Shown: positions 21,827 to 32,426 of the stretch, piece by piece
How the letters are laid out: every line of letters starts with the position of its first letter
Position numbering within the stretch: position 1 is the stretch's first letter
Assembly: GCA_965197905.1 (NCBI GenBank)
Contig: CBDAOB010000003.1
Location: 896,001-960,000 of the forward strand
Origin: Candidatus Latescibacterota bacterium
GTDB lineage: Bacteria; Latescibacterota; UBA2968; UBA8231
DNA: 64,000 bases
Direction: 5' to 3'
Notes under the pieces: generated by a model
The model's input: only the letters and a program-made list of their open reading frames with translations
Databases searched by the model: none
What the model was told of the DNA's origin: nothing
Translations under genes and position numbers: made by a program

Positions 21827-24522
21827 ATGGCTGCATCTAATTCCCCCCAGGGGTCTCGTTCCCTTCCGGAACATCCCGATCTTCACCAACTCAAGAAACA
21901 GGCCAAGGAACTGCTCAAGGGCTATCGCTCTGGTAATTCGGCAGCGGTAGCTGAGGTGGAAACCCACGAGCGGGAGCCGGATCCAGGAAGATTCTCCCTG
22001 AACGATGCGCAGCGGGTGTTGGCCCGGGCATACGGGTTTACCAGCTGGGCGCGGCTAGTTGAGCGCGTAAACGGCTTTAGCGCCGAACGCTTTTGGGTAG
22101 CCGCCCAAGAGGGGGATCTGCAGACCCTGAAGTCGATGGTTGCCAAACGACCTGCGTTGGTCATGATGGCACGGCCCAGCCACGGCAATCCGTTGCATTG
22201 CGCCGTGCTCAACCGGGACGTTGCATGCGCTCGCTTTCTGCTCGAAAACGGAGCCGATCCTCACAAAGGTGTCTATCCGCACCGTGAGTCCACTTCCCCG
22301 CTTGTTCTGGCACAAGAAAGGGAATTCGACGACATCGTAGAGGTCATTGAAACCGAGCTCCAGCAACGGAGGTTACGGGTCGGCGCCACGCGATCAGATA
22401 CGAGAGACGTTGCAGAGGCGATCCGCAAAAACGATGAGGACGCCGTGTACCGGTTACTAGAAGCGGACGCTGAACGCGTGACGGCCGTCGACGAACGGGG
22501 CCGCAAGCCCCTGCATCACACTGCTGCGGCGCGCAATCGGACGCTGACCGCACGCATCTTGCAATTGGACCGCAAACTCTCCGAACCTGACGTCGACGGT
22601 TTGAGCCCGATCGACTGCGCCGTGTTGGCGGCCGACTGGACGCAGAGAGAGGAAACTACGAGGGCGGGCAGATCCGTGGCCGAACTCCTGTTAGAGCACG
22701 GAGCGGATCCTACGCCGCGAAGCGCCGCAGCGACCGGAGACTTGGCGTATTTGCAATCACTGAATCGCACAAACCTGGAGGCATGCGCCATAGACGGTGG
22801 TGGTGGGTTGTTGACACTGGCCGTGAAATACGGCCAACGGGAAGTCTTGAACCATCTGCTGGAATCAGGTCTGGACCCGGATGAGCGCGTGCAACTCGAC
22901 GATGCAGAGGAAGAGATCTACACCTGGGGAATGCCGCTCTGGCACGCCGCTTCCTACTCCGAATACGAGATGGCGGAATCGTTGATCGCTGCCGGCGCTG
23001 ACGTTAACGCGGCAGTTTATGGTGCGCCGTGCTAAGGCGCACATCTTCAGTGGGTGCGAATCCCACCCGGCAAGGGTCGCTCCAGCCGGTAGCAATCGGA
23101 GCAGTGGTGGAGGCGACGAAGCCGCTGAAGCCTCCGGTGTAGAGGGTCGCCTTGGGCGACTTGGCGAGCACACAGGCCGTAACGTGAGTAAACGCTGAGC
23201 AGGCCTCGAAAAGTGTAATGCGGAAGCCGACCTGCCCGTAAACCAGGGAAGGCCGCTGCAGCTGGGGAAGTCGAGCGACAAGCGCACTCAGCTGTTCCGC
23301 CGGGGTAGTGGCGACAGCATGTGTGTAAGAGGAGATGTGGCGCAACACGGGAAGCCTCATCCGGTGGAAGCAGCGAGTGCCTCCAACCGGTAACCCGCGA
23401 GGGCCAGACTGGGCTGGATGAGGTGGCGGACAGGCGCGTAGTACCGAGGAAGCCGGGTAACTCCGGTGGAGGGAAGGGGCCTGACTTCGGACATGCTGCG
23501 GAAGTGCAGAGGGTTGGAGAGTGGCGTGAGCCTATTGCCTCCAGCAGTAAGACTAGTATGCATCGGAAGCAGCTTGACTACCAGGTGAAGTCCTTGTGGC
23601 GTGTGCCTGGATGTGACGTTCGTCGGGAAGCCGGATGCGGGAGATCCGCACGTCCGGTTTGAGGCGGCGGGAACTGGAAACGTAGCGATGGGAGTCGGAC
23701 TGAGGGCTATGGCGAAAGCCATGGGGAACCCACCGAACCCTAAGGCTGGCGCGCCAGTTCTCGACCCTACCCAGCGGTTCACCGATGGACCGGGCTTACG
23801 GTGCCGACGATGAGAAGATGAAGGTCTTGTTGCGTCGCCACGGTGCGTTCACTAGCGTCGAAACCATGGGACTGTATCGCGACACCGAAGCGGCACGAGC
23901 AGTCCTGGAAGGAAGGACGACCGCGTACTCTCATCCCGACCCGGTCAGAGACGGTTCTACCGCAGAGAATATGCTATGGGGGGCGGCCTGTGGGGGCGAT
24001 CCCGAGATCGTCGCCATGTGTCTCGCCCGCATCGACCGTGCACCGGACGATTCATGGTGGGCGGTAATCCTCCTGCAACCCATGCGCACGTGGAACCATG
24101 GTTACCACCGACGCCATTCGGGCTTCGACAGGTCTACCTATACGCAATGTCTCGACTTGCTGTTGCAGCACGGCATCAATCCGGACGTTACGGATCAACG
24201 GGGGTTCACTGCGCTGCACGATCTTGCCCACGGCTCTTGTTCAGGTTCCTGGAACATGACGGAAAAGGAGGAACTCGAATTCGGCCGCCTGTTGTTGGAT
24301 GCCGGCGCCAGTTTGGCAGCGCGCGATCCGCTACTAAGGTCAACGCCTCTGGGATGGGCTTGCCGCAACGGTCGAATTCGGCTGGCTGAACTAATGATCG
24401 AACGCGGCGCTGCCGTCAACGAACCGGACGCCGAACCCTGGGCAACGCCACTTGCGTGGGCAACGAAGATGGGTCACGAAGAGATTGTGACGCTGCTTCG
24501 AGGTCGCGGGGCGAAGGCGTGA
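21827..24522 (+). CDS. Ankyrin-repeat protein, 648 aa after splicing: join(21827..23021,23771..24522)
   Basis: Ankyrin repeats in both exons (NPLHCA, LLENGAD, TPLGWA, TPLAWA). Removing the intron gives in-frame ...DVNAAVY-A-SGSP-MDRAYG... N-terminal LPEHPDLHQLKKQAKELL...AQRVLARAYGFTSW domain. Confidence 0.9.
23022..23770 (+). mobile_element. ORF-less group II intron (IIB-like ribozyme), 749 nt
   Basis: 5' GTGCG; domain III-like element ~23431-23483; domain V AAGCCGGATGCGGGAGATCCGCACGTCCGGTTT (23628-60) with AGC triad; domain VI ending CTCGACCCTAC with candidate branch A at 23764 and terminal AC; EBS1 CGTAAAC (23237-43) pairs with exon end GTTTATG; no RT ORF. Confidence 0.95.
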
Positions 24523-24532
24523 GGTGGATACC

Positions 24533-24703
24533 ATGACCAAAACACCTATAGACTCAGTTCGCCGCGTGGCGCGACTCTACGCTTCCAACAGAGATGCGGC
24601 GGCCGCGCTTGGAATCGACCTTCGCAGTTTCGGACGTATCTGTCGGCGACACAACATCGAAACACCATACGTGAGAAAGCGCAGACGCAGATCCTTGGCG
24701 TAA
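24533..24703 (+). CDS. Small basic Fis-like helix-turn-helix protein (56 aa)
   Basis: GAGGTG RBS at 24521-26; MTKTPIDSVRRVARLYASNRDAAAALGIDLRSFGRICRRHNIETPYVRKRRRRSLA; NxxAAxxLGI HTH pattern. Below the ORF-track cutoff. Confidence 0.75.
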   Translation: MTKTPIDSVRRVARLYASNRDAAAALGIDLRSFGRICRRHNIETPYVRKRRRRSLA

Positions 24704-24739
24704 GTAGGAACCCAATGTCATCATCGATATCATTCTGAC

Positions 24740-27700
24740 ATGCAGAAGTACCTACTACCCCGCCTTTCCGTAAACCGGCCCGTCACCGTCGTGATGGCGC
24801 TCACGGCGTTGTTGGTGGTCGGATGGATTTGCCTATCTGCGCATACCGGTGGCTCTCGAACCCAAGGGCGAGGCCAAACCGGTTCTTTGGGCATGGCTTC
24901 CTTTTCCGAACGCCACCGCCCCCCAGGTTCTTGAGGAGATCGTCATTCCCCTGGAGGACGCATTAGCCACGCTTACGGGCTTCAAAGGCACCAAAGCCGG
25001 CGCGCAGAGAGACCGGGGTCATTCGATGGTCTATTACCACAAAGGCACCGATATGAAACGGGCATGGCTCGAGCTGTTGGAGCGCATGGATTGGCTGTTC
25101 GCCCAACTTGACTACGACGCCACCCTCAAGCGTCGTGAGATCGACATCGGCTGGTTGGATTCGGGGGATGAAAGTTTCCGCGTGATGGGGATCCGCTGTC
25201 TCTTCGACCAATCGGTGACGCGGCCGGGACTGCTGCTCGAAGAAACGATAAAACCGGCTTTGATGCGCATCGCCGGCGTCGCCGGCGTTGGAGTCTGGAG
25301 TGGTCCCGACCAAGAGCTTCTGATTGCTTTGGACGAGGACAAGGTGCAGAGCCTCGGTGCCGATGTCGATCAGGTGCTGGAACGAATCACGGAGGACAAC
25401 TTCGCCCTCTCCGGCGGCCATGTCATCGAAGGAGGTCGTCGCATTAAGGTGCGTTCGATGGCGAATCTGAACTCGGTCGAGAAGTACAGGAATCTTCTTG
25501 TTGATCCCCGGCGCGGCCTGCGCCTGCGCGACATCGCCGATGTCCAGCTGAACACCGATACCGGTATCCGGTTCACCCGCATCAACCGCAAGGACGCGGT
25601 CTGGATCGGAATTCAGCGTTCCCCTGACGCCAATATCGTTGCAGTCTGTGCCGAGGCGCGCAAGAGTCTGGAGAAATTCGCCCAAGATCCACGAATGGCA
25701 GGAGCCGAATTGAGAGTTGTCTGGGATCAGGCGGAATACATCACGGCGTCGATCGACAATCTCAAGATTTCGGGACTTTGGGGCGGACTGTTTGCGGCGA
25801 TCATACTGGTGTTCTTTCTGCGCAATATTCCCATGACCTTGATCATCACCAGCGCTATACCACTGTCGATCCTCGCCAGCATGACTGCCGTTTATTTCTA
25901 CGGTTGGACGTTGAACGTGGCCACCATGATGGGTTTGATGTTGAGCCTTGGATTGGTAGTCGATAATGCTATCGTAGTGGTGGAGAACATTTTTCGTAAG
26001 CGCGCGGAAGGAATCGACGCGCGGGAAGCTTCCATCCAGGGTGCCGGAGAAGTCGGTCTGGCCATTACCATGGCGACATTAACTACGGTCGTCGTATTTC
26101 TGCCCCTGATCCTGATGACCGACGATGATTTTTTCTCCTTTTGGATGTGGCGAGTAGGGATGCCCGTCACGCTAGGGCTTTTCGCCTCCCTCTTCGTAGC
26201 TTTGTTTCTGTTTCCGCTGGCGGCCCAGCGTTTTTCCAGTCGTGGGGCGCAGAGGGAGCGGAGGGCAATTCGGCAGCTTGAGCGCAAATACGGATCCTCT
26301 CTTCGATGGGTCTTGTCACACCGTCTGGACGCCTTGATCCTGGTGGTGGTTGTGGGGGCCAGTGCATGGATCCCATACGAAGGCATCGAGCAGACCGACC
26401 GGGCATCCAAACGGCGCAGTTACGCCTGGATGAAGTTCGACATGCCCCGGGGCTATTCGCTGGAACAGCTGAACGAGTTCATGACCACCGTCGAAGATAC
26501 CCTCATGAACCAGCGCGAGCGGTACAACGCCGATCAGGTTCGGATTTCCTACTACTACGGCTTTGGTGGGCGGGCTTCGATCTCGTTGCAGAAGGAGGAG
26601 CGCCTGGAATGGTACGAGGTGGTCTGGAGCGGTATTCTCGATCGGCTCGGCATGCTGGAAAAAACGAGACTGGACTACGACGAGCTGATCGCCGACTTGA
26701 GGCAGCGCCTGCCGACCCGGCCGGGCATTTTCTTGAGAATCAACGACGAACAGGGCGAAGAGAGCGACGCTTCCCTGACACTGAATATCTGCGGTAAGGA
26801 CTATCTGGTGTTGACGGAGCTGGCGCTGGAGGTGCAACGGCGCCTGTCGAGCATTCCCGGTTTCCTTGCTGTGCACACCGACATGGATCGCGGATCATCG
26901 GAGGTCCAGATACAACTGGACCGCGAGAAGATGGAGCGCTACGGGATCCAGCCGCGCTCCGTGTCCAACGCCATCAGCATGCGCTGGCCCATCGGCGCTC
27001 AACCGATTGACGAGATCGGATGGACTCGTATCGGTAGCGATCGCGAAATCCGCATCAAAGCCCAGTTGGAGGATGAAGACGGCCGCAGTCTTCAACAGCT
27101 GCGAAACCTGACGTTCAAGGCAAACGACACTACCGAAATTCCGCTCACAGCCTTCGCTGCCTTCTATTTCGACAACACCCTCGACTTAATAAGGCGCTAC
27201 AATCGTCAGACCATGGTGGCGGTGACGGACTACGCCACCAAGGACGATGCCAAGGGTCTCTTCGACCAGGTGGACGCGGCTATGGCGGACCTGGAGATGC
27301 CCCGGGGATACCGCTGGGACAAAGGTGCGCGCTTCATCCGCATGGAGGAGACTGACAAAGCCCAGCAGTTTGCCATAGCGCTGTCAATCACGTTCGTGTT
27401 TCTGCTCATGGGGGTTCTGTTCGAATCGTTCGTGTTGCCGCTGTCGGTCATCGTCTCTATTCCGTTCGCCGGCCTGGGGGTCTACTGGACCCTCTACGCT
27501 ACCGGTACGCCAATGGATGACATGTCCCGTATCGGCATGGTGATCCTGGTGGGGGTGGTAGTGAACAATGCTATCGTCCTGGTGGATCTGGTCAATCGAC
27601 TGCGCAATGAGGGCATGGAGCGATACGAGGCCTTGGTGCAGGCCGGCCGGCACCGGTTTCGACCGATCCTCATGACTACCTTTACGACAATCTTCGGTTT

Positions 27701-27917
27701 GATCCCCATGGCGGTAGGAAACCCGAATGTCGTCGGCACCGATTACGCACCGTTGGGTCGGACGATGATGGGGGGATTGCTGGCGTCGATGGTGTTAGCC
27801 CTGTTAGTTGTGCCTCTATGCTACACCTTTTTCGACGATCTCCGCGAGGTGGTGGGGCAAGCCATGAGATCGGCGGCGCGGTCATCGGCGCGCCGACTTA
27901 CGCAAGGTGTGGCGTAG
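24740..27917 (+). CDS. RND efflux permease (AcrB/AcrD/AcrF family); frameshift near 24828
   Basis: SVNRPVTV N-terminus, GLVVDNAIVVVENI, VVNNAIVLVD, RFRPILMTT. Deleting one T at 24828-30 joins the 24740 and 24849 frames. Confidence 0.9.
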
Positions 27918-27938
27918 CCGAACGAGCTGGTACCACCG

Positions 27939-29051
27939 TCAACCAGTTACGCTCTCGTGCTCGACGGTGTACTCCTCCAGCAATTCAGGATCGGGTTGCG
28001 GCAGACCTTCCAGAAATGGCGTGAAGGTCAATCGCTCGGTCAATTTATTCTCGGGTTGCGACAGATCGCGCGCATAGAAACGCTCCGATGGAAACAGGTC
28101 TCCGGGATAGGTGAAGTTCGGCAGGGTCGCCAGCTCGATGCAGATCGCACCGCCAAGCGCGCTCTCCAGCATGCCGCCCACCCAGACCGGCACCCCGGCG
28201 TCGGCGCAGATATCGTGGATGCGCACGGAATTCGCCAACCCACCCACTCGCCCGGGTTTGATATTTACGAGCTTGCAAGCACCGATCCGCAGAGCTTGCT
28301 CGACCTTGTGCGGTCCGGTGATGCTCTCGTCCAGACAGACGGGTGTCGCGATGGTCGCCGCTAGCTCGGCGTGATCCAACAGATCATCGTGGCCCAACGG
28401 TTGCTCGATGAACTCGAGATGGAACGAATCGATTCTCCGGAACATCTCCAAATCTTCCAAACCGAATCCGGAGTTGCAGTCGATGTGAATCCGCAGGTCG
28501 GGAAAGGCGCCGCGAACCGCAGCCAGCATGTCCACATCCCACCCCCGCGCGAACTTGAGTTTGATACGTGGAAATCCACGATCGACCGCCCCTTGAATAT
28601 TGCCGAGCAGCATATCGAACGAGTCCTGAACCCCGAAGTCCGCGCCCGCTGCAACCTCGCGTGTATCGCCTCCCAAGAGGCGGTGCAGTGGTTCTCCGGT
28701 TTTTTTACTCTGGGTCGTCCACCAAAGAATCTCAAGTGCCGCTTTGGCGAATTGATTTCCTTTGTAGGCCGCAAGTAGGTCGTTTAATGCCTCCGCTGAT
28801 TCGATCTTTTTGCCGATCAGCTGCGGTCCGAAGAACTGGACGATATTCCTGAACGCGGTGCCTGCACCTTCCGTCAGATACATGGGTCGCTCCAATGGGC
28901 AACTTTCAGTCCAGGCCGTGGTCTCGCCTGCCCGGCCTTTGACCAGCACGGAGTGGATCGCCCAGTCTTCCCCATAGGAAGTCCGCCATGGGTACAACAG
29001 CGGCATGGCGACGTGATAGACATCAAAGCGATCAAAATGAACGGGCATCAT
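27939..29051 (-). CDS. menC: o-Succinylbenzoate synthase / N-acylamino acid racemase (enolase superfamily)
   Basis: RIKLK, IDCN, IEQP, CLDESI, NIKPGRVGG, WVGGMLES, YPGD. No other men genes nearby, so the racemase role is equally plausible. Confidence 0.8.
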   Translation of the reverse strand: MMPVHFDRFDVYHVAMPLLYPWRTSYGEDWAIHSVLVKGRAGETTAWTESCPLERPMYLTEGAGTAFRNIVQFFGPQLIGKKIESAEALNDLLAAYKGNQFAKAALEILWWTTQSKKTGEPLHRLLGGDTREVAAGADFGVQDSFDMLLGNIQGAVDRGFPRIKLKFARGWDVDMLAAVRGAFPDLRIHIDCNSGFGLEDLEMFRRIDSFHLEFIEQPLGHDDLLDHAELAATIATPVCLDESITGPHKVEQALRIGACKLVNIKPGRVGGLANSVRIHDICADAGVPVWVGGMLESALGGAICIELATLPNFTYPGDLFPSERFYARDLSQPENKLTERLTFTPFLEGLPQPDPELLEEYTVEHESVTG

Positions 29052-29207
29052 CGTAGCGGAAGGATGGGTGTTAAGCCGAGCGAGTCAAGAGCGGGTCCGG
29101 AGCGGCGGTCGCTCCTGCCGAATTCGCCCTCGATCGACTGGATTGGAAACGAACTAGGGAGCATCTTCAGACGAGCCTGGCGCCCAATCCACATCCATTC
29201 CAGTCGC

Positions 29208-31232
29208 ATGAGTGATTCCAACAAGCCCAGATCTACCTACCCTATAGAACACGCGAGCCCGCCGGGTAATGAGCCGGACGTGAGTACGGAGGAATCCGCT
29301 GCCGAATGGCCGCGAATCCGCTGGCGCGCTGTCCTTCTCTCGATGCTGTCGATCGCGGCGATGTTCTTCTACGTGATCCAGGTTTCCGAGCGCCAGCGCT
29401 CCGGCGCCTTTACCCATTCTCAGTACCCGCTCACCGCCTTCATTCCGTTCGTGGTGTGGCTGGTGGCCAACGTCATACTCAAGCGGATCTGGCCCAGTAT
29501 CGCCCTGAGTCGGGGCGAGCTCCTGACCATATTCACCATGACCTGGGTCGCCGGCGTCATTCCCTCCTGGATCAAGATCTGGGCTTCGATCCTGACCACG
29601 CCAACCGTATTTGCATCCCCGGAAAACCAGTGGGAATTGATTTTCGATTTCCTGCCCTGGCATGTGCTGGCACCGACCGCGCCGGAGGTCGTGGTAAACT
29701 ATTGGTACGGCCGACCCGAAGGCATGGATATTCCGTGGGTGCTGTGGATCGGTCCGCTCTTCCAGTGGTTGAGCGCTACCACCGCCGTGGTTGTGTTCGG
29801 GTTTTGTCTCGTTTTGCTCTTTCAGCGTCAGTGGGAACGACACGAAAAGCTCACCTTTCCGCTGGCGCAGCTGTCGCTCGATCTGACCGAGGGCCTCGAC
29901 GGACCTCGGCGGATGCCGGACCTGTTCCGCTCCAATCTGTTCTGGACCGGTGTTGTGTTGGTTCTTGTTCCAATGGCGTACCGCATCACCACCTATTTCA
30001 TGCCGAGCCTCCCGGAGCTGAACATTCTGTGGGAGCACTATTGGCTGAGCTGGGGAGATGGGGGGCTATTCTTCCGCGTTATGCCCGTGGCGATGGCAGT
30101 GGTCTATCTCTGCCCCCTGGACATCATGGGAAGCATCGCGCTCTTCCACGTCCTCGGCTCGGTCAAAGGCACGCTGATGCGACGCTACGGGACGCCGGAC
30201 TTCGGTTTTTCCGGTTCCACCATAAATCCCACCTTTCCTGATTCAACTCAGGTACTGCACGGAGAAAGTTACGGGGCGGTCTTTTTTATTGCCTTGTGGT
30301 CGATCTGGCTGGCGCGTCGGCATCTCAAGGATGTGTGGAAACAGGTCAGGAGCGGAACTGGCGATCGAGCCGATCTGTTTCGCTACCGGCTGGCTCTTGT
30401 TGGCATGCTGCTGTCCGGGGGGTACGTCATCGCTTGGGCGATCTTCATGGGAGTACACCCATTAGCGGCGACGCTCACCTTCCTGCTTATGGCCCTGGTC
30501 TACTTCGTCACCGTGAAGCTGGTAGCGGCCACCGGTTTCGCCTATCTGTTGCCCAACCGACCTCACCTCAAGGGTGAGTTTATGGTGGTGGAGATGATCG
30601 GATCCGCCTACATGTCGGCACGCAATCTCGTCGCTTACAAGGTTTTTACCAGCTATGCGTTTTTCGGTCACATCCTCATTCCGGCATGGCCTGCGCTGCC
30701 GCACCATCTGCGTATCTTCTCTTTTCGGAAACAGCCAGCATGGGTTATGGGCACGGTGCTGATCGCCTTTGTTGGAGGTTTTCTGGTCGCTTTTTGGGCG
30801 CTGTTGGATATGACTTACACAGAAGGCGCGATCATCCTCTCGGGTAACCGGGTGCCACGAGATTACAATGTTGCCGTGAACCTGATGAACAACCCGATCG
30901 AATTCCGCTGGGAGAAATGGGCGCTCTGGTTCATCGGATTCTTCGAATCGGCCTTTCTGGTTTTGTTGCGCACCCGGTATCACTGGTTTCCGATCCATCC
31001 GATCGGCCTGGCGTTTCAGATGACCGTCGGAACCTGGGTCTACTGGTCTACCCTGTTTATGATGTGGATGGTGAAGATAACCCTGCTACGTCTTGGGGGC
31101 GTGAAGATGTACCTGGCCGGCAAGCCGTTCTTTTACGGCATGGGCATCGGATATATGGTCGGGGTCATCGCCAGCACCGTAGTGGACCTGATCTGGTTTC
31201 CCGGTGCCGGCCACCGCATCCACTGGTGGTAA
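29208..31232 (+). CDS. DUF6785/DUF6784-type polytopic membrane protein (putative transporter)
   Basis: Many TM helices; FASPENQWE, RQWERHEKLTFPL, WFPIHPIG, KPFFYG. Start ATG at 29208 is a best guess. Confidence 0.75.
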   Translation: MSDSNKPRSTYPIEHASPPGNEPDVSTEESAAEWPRIRWRAVLLSMLSIAAMFFYVIQVSERQRSGAFTHSQYPLTAFIPFVVWLVANVILKRIWPSIALSRGELLTIFTMTWVAGVIPSWIKIWASILTTPTVFASPENQWELIFDFLPWHVLAPTAPEVVVNYWYGRPEGMDIPWVLWIGPLFQWLSATTAVVVFGFCLVLLFQRQWERHEKLTFPLAQLSLDLTEGLDGPRRMPDLFRSNLFWTGVVLVLVPMAYRITTYFMPSLPELNILWEHYWLSWGDGGLFFRVMPVAMAVVYLCPLDIMGSIALFHVLGSVKGTLMRRYGTPDFGFSGSTINPTFPDSTQVLHGESYGAVFFIALWSIWLARRHLKDVWKQVRSGTGDRADLFRYRLALVGMLLSGGYVIAWAIFMGVHPLAATLTFLLMALVYFVTVKLVAATGFAYLLPNRPHLKGEFMVVEMIGSAYMSARNLVAYKVFTSYAFFGHILIPAWPALPHHLRIFSFRKQPAWVMGTVLIAFVGGFLVAFWALLDMTYTEGAIILSGNRVPRDYNVAVNLMNNPIEFRWEKWALWFIGFFESAFLVLLRTRYHWFPIHPIGLAFQMTVGTWVYWSTLFMMWMVKITLLRLGGVKMYLAGKPFFYGMGIGYMVGVIASTVVDLIWFPGAGHRIHWW

Positions 31233-31295
31233 ACGCAGATTCGAAACGCACGCAATGACACCTGGACACACCCCTAGCAGAAGGAGGTTAATAAA

Positions 31296-32413
31296 GTGAA
31301 GATTGTAGATCTCAAGATTCTTCCCATCAACTCGGACGTTTTCGTGCAGATCGTAACGGACGAAGGCCTGACCGGGATCGGAGACGGTTCGTTGAGCGGG
31401 CGCTCGCAAGCGGTGGTGGGTGCCCTGGAGCACATCCGGGAATATCTCATAGGACAGGATGCCACGCGTATCGAGCACATCTGGCAGGATATCTTTCGCG
31501 GTACCTTCTGGCGCGGTGGCCCGGTGCTGCAGTCGGCACTGGCCGGCATCGACATTGCACTCTGGGACCTGGCCGGCAAAGCACTTGGAGTTCCCACTTA
31601 CCGGCTGCTCGGAGGTGCCAGCCGCGACGGGGTGATGGCGTACCGACACACCGGGGGTGGTCCTCCCGAAGAGCTGATCGATGATGCCCACAGATTGATG
31701 GAAGAAGGATGGCGGGCCATTCGCATGTCTCCCATGCGAGGTTCCAAGCCGTTCAATCAGAAGGCAGCTACTAGACGCGGCATCGAACACATGGGCGCTT
31801 TGCGGCACGCCGTTGGCGATGATCTGGAAATCATCATGGAGGTGCACACGCGGTTGACGCCAACGCGCGCCATCGAACTCTGCAACGGCATCGAACCATT
31901 TCAGCCGTATTTCGTGGAGGACCCGATTCGCTCCGAGAACCCAGCATCGTTCCGTACCCTGCGGCAGCATACCAATGTGCCCATCGGCACCGGCGAGCAG
32001 CTGCCGACCAAGTGGTTGTTCGCGAGCTGATCGAGGAAGAGCTGGTCGACTACCTGCGCGTGGACCTCTCCCACACCGGAGGCATAACCGAAGCCCGCAA
32101 GATCGCGGCTATGGGCGAGGTGCACTATCAGGAGATGGCCACCCATATGACCGGAACCGTCGTCAACACGGCAGCAAGTCTGCACTTGAACATGTCGGTA
32201 GCCAACTGCGCGGTGCAGGAGTACCGCCCGCCGCAGGACTGGGAAAAGGAGGTCTTTCGGTGGGACTTCCGCGCTGATGACGGCTTCCTGATCCCATCAG
32301 ATGCCCCCGGGCTTGGGGTCGAGCTCGACGAGAAAGCAGCCGCGGCTCATCCACCCGTACATTCTGAGTCGCAGCACTGGCGTCGGCCCGACGGCTCGGT
32401 GACGGATTGGTAG
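31296..32413 (+). CDS. Mandelate racemase/galactonate dehydratase-like enolase-superfamily enzyme; frameshift near 32021
   Basis: AGGAGG RBS; IDIALWDLAGK, EVHTR, VEDP, TGEQ, GGITEARKIA, PGLGVELDE. One extra C at ~32021 gives KWLFRELIEE. Confidence 0.85.
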
Positions 32414-32426
32414 GGGAGCGAAGGGT

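Noticed and set aside
23050..23068. GTGGGTGCGAATCCCAC resembling a tRNA T-arm
   Set aside because: No acceptor, D or anticodon arms; it is a hairpin in intron domain I.
23176..23185. GCCGTAACGT as EBS2 pairing with exon ACGTTAACGCGGC
   Set aside because: The pairing needs a bulge and the segment probably forms an internal intron helix; EBS2 cannot be assigned by eye.
22865..23813. ORFs of 70-141 aa on both strands within and around the intron
   Set aside because: They translate ribozyme sequence (e.g. GKPDAGDPHVRF is domain V); no RT motifs such as YADD are present.
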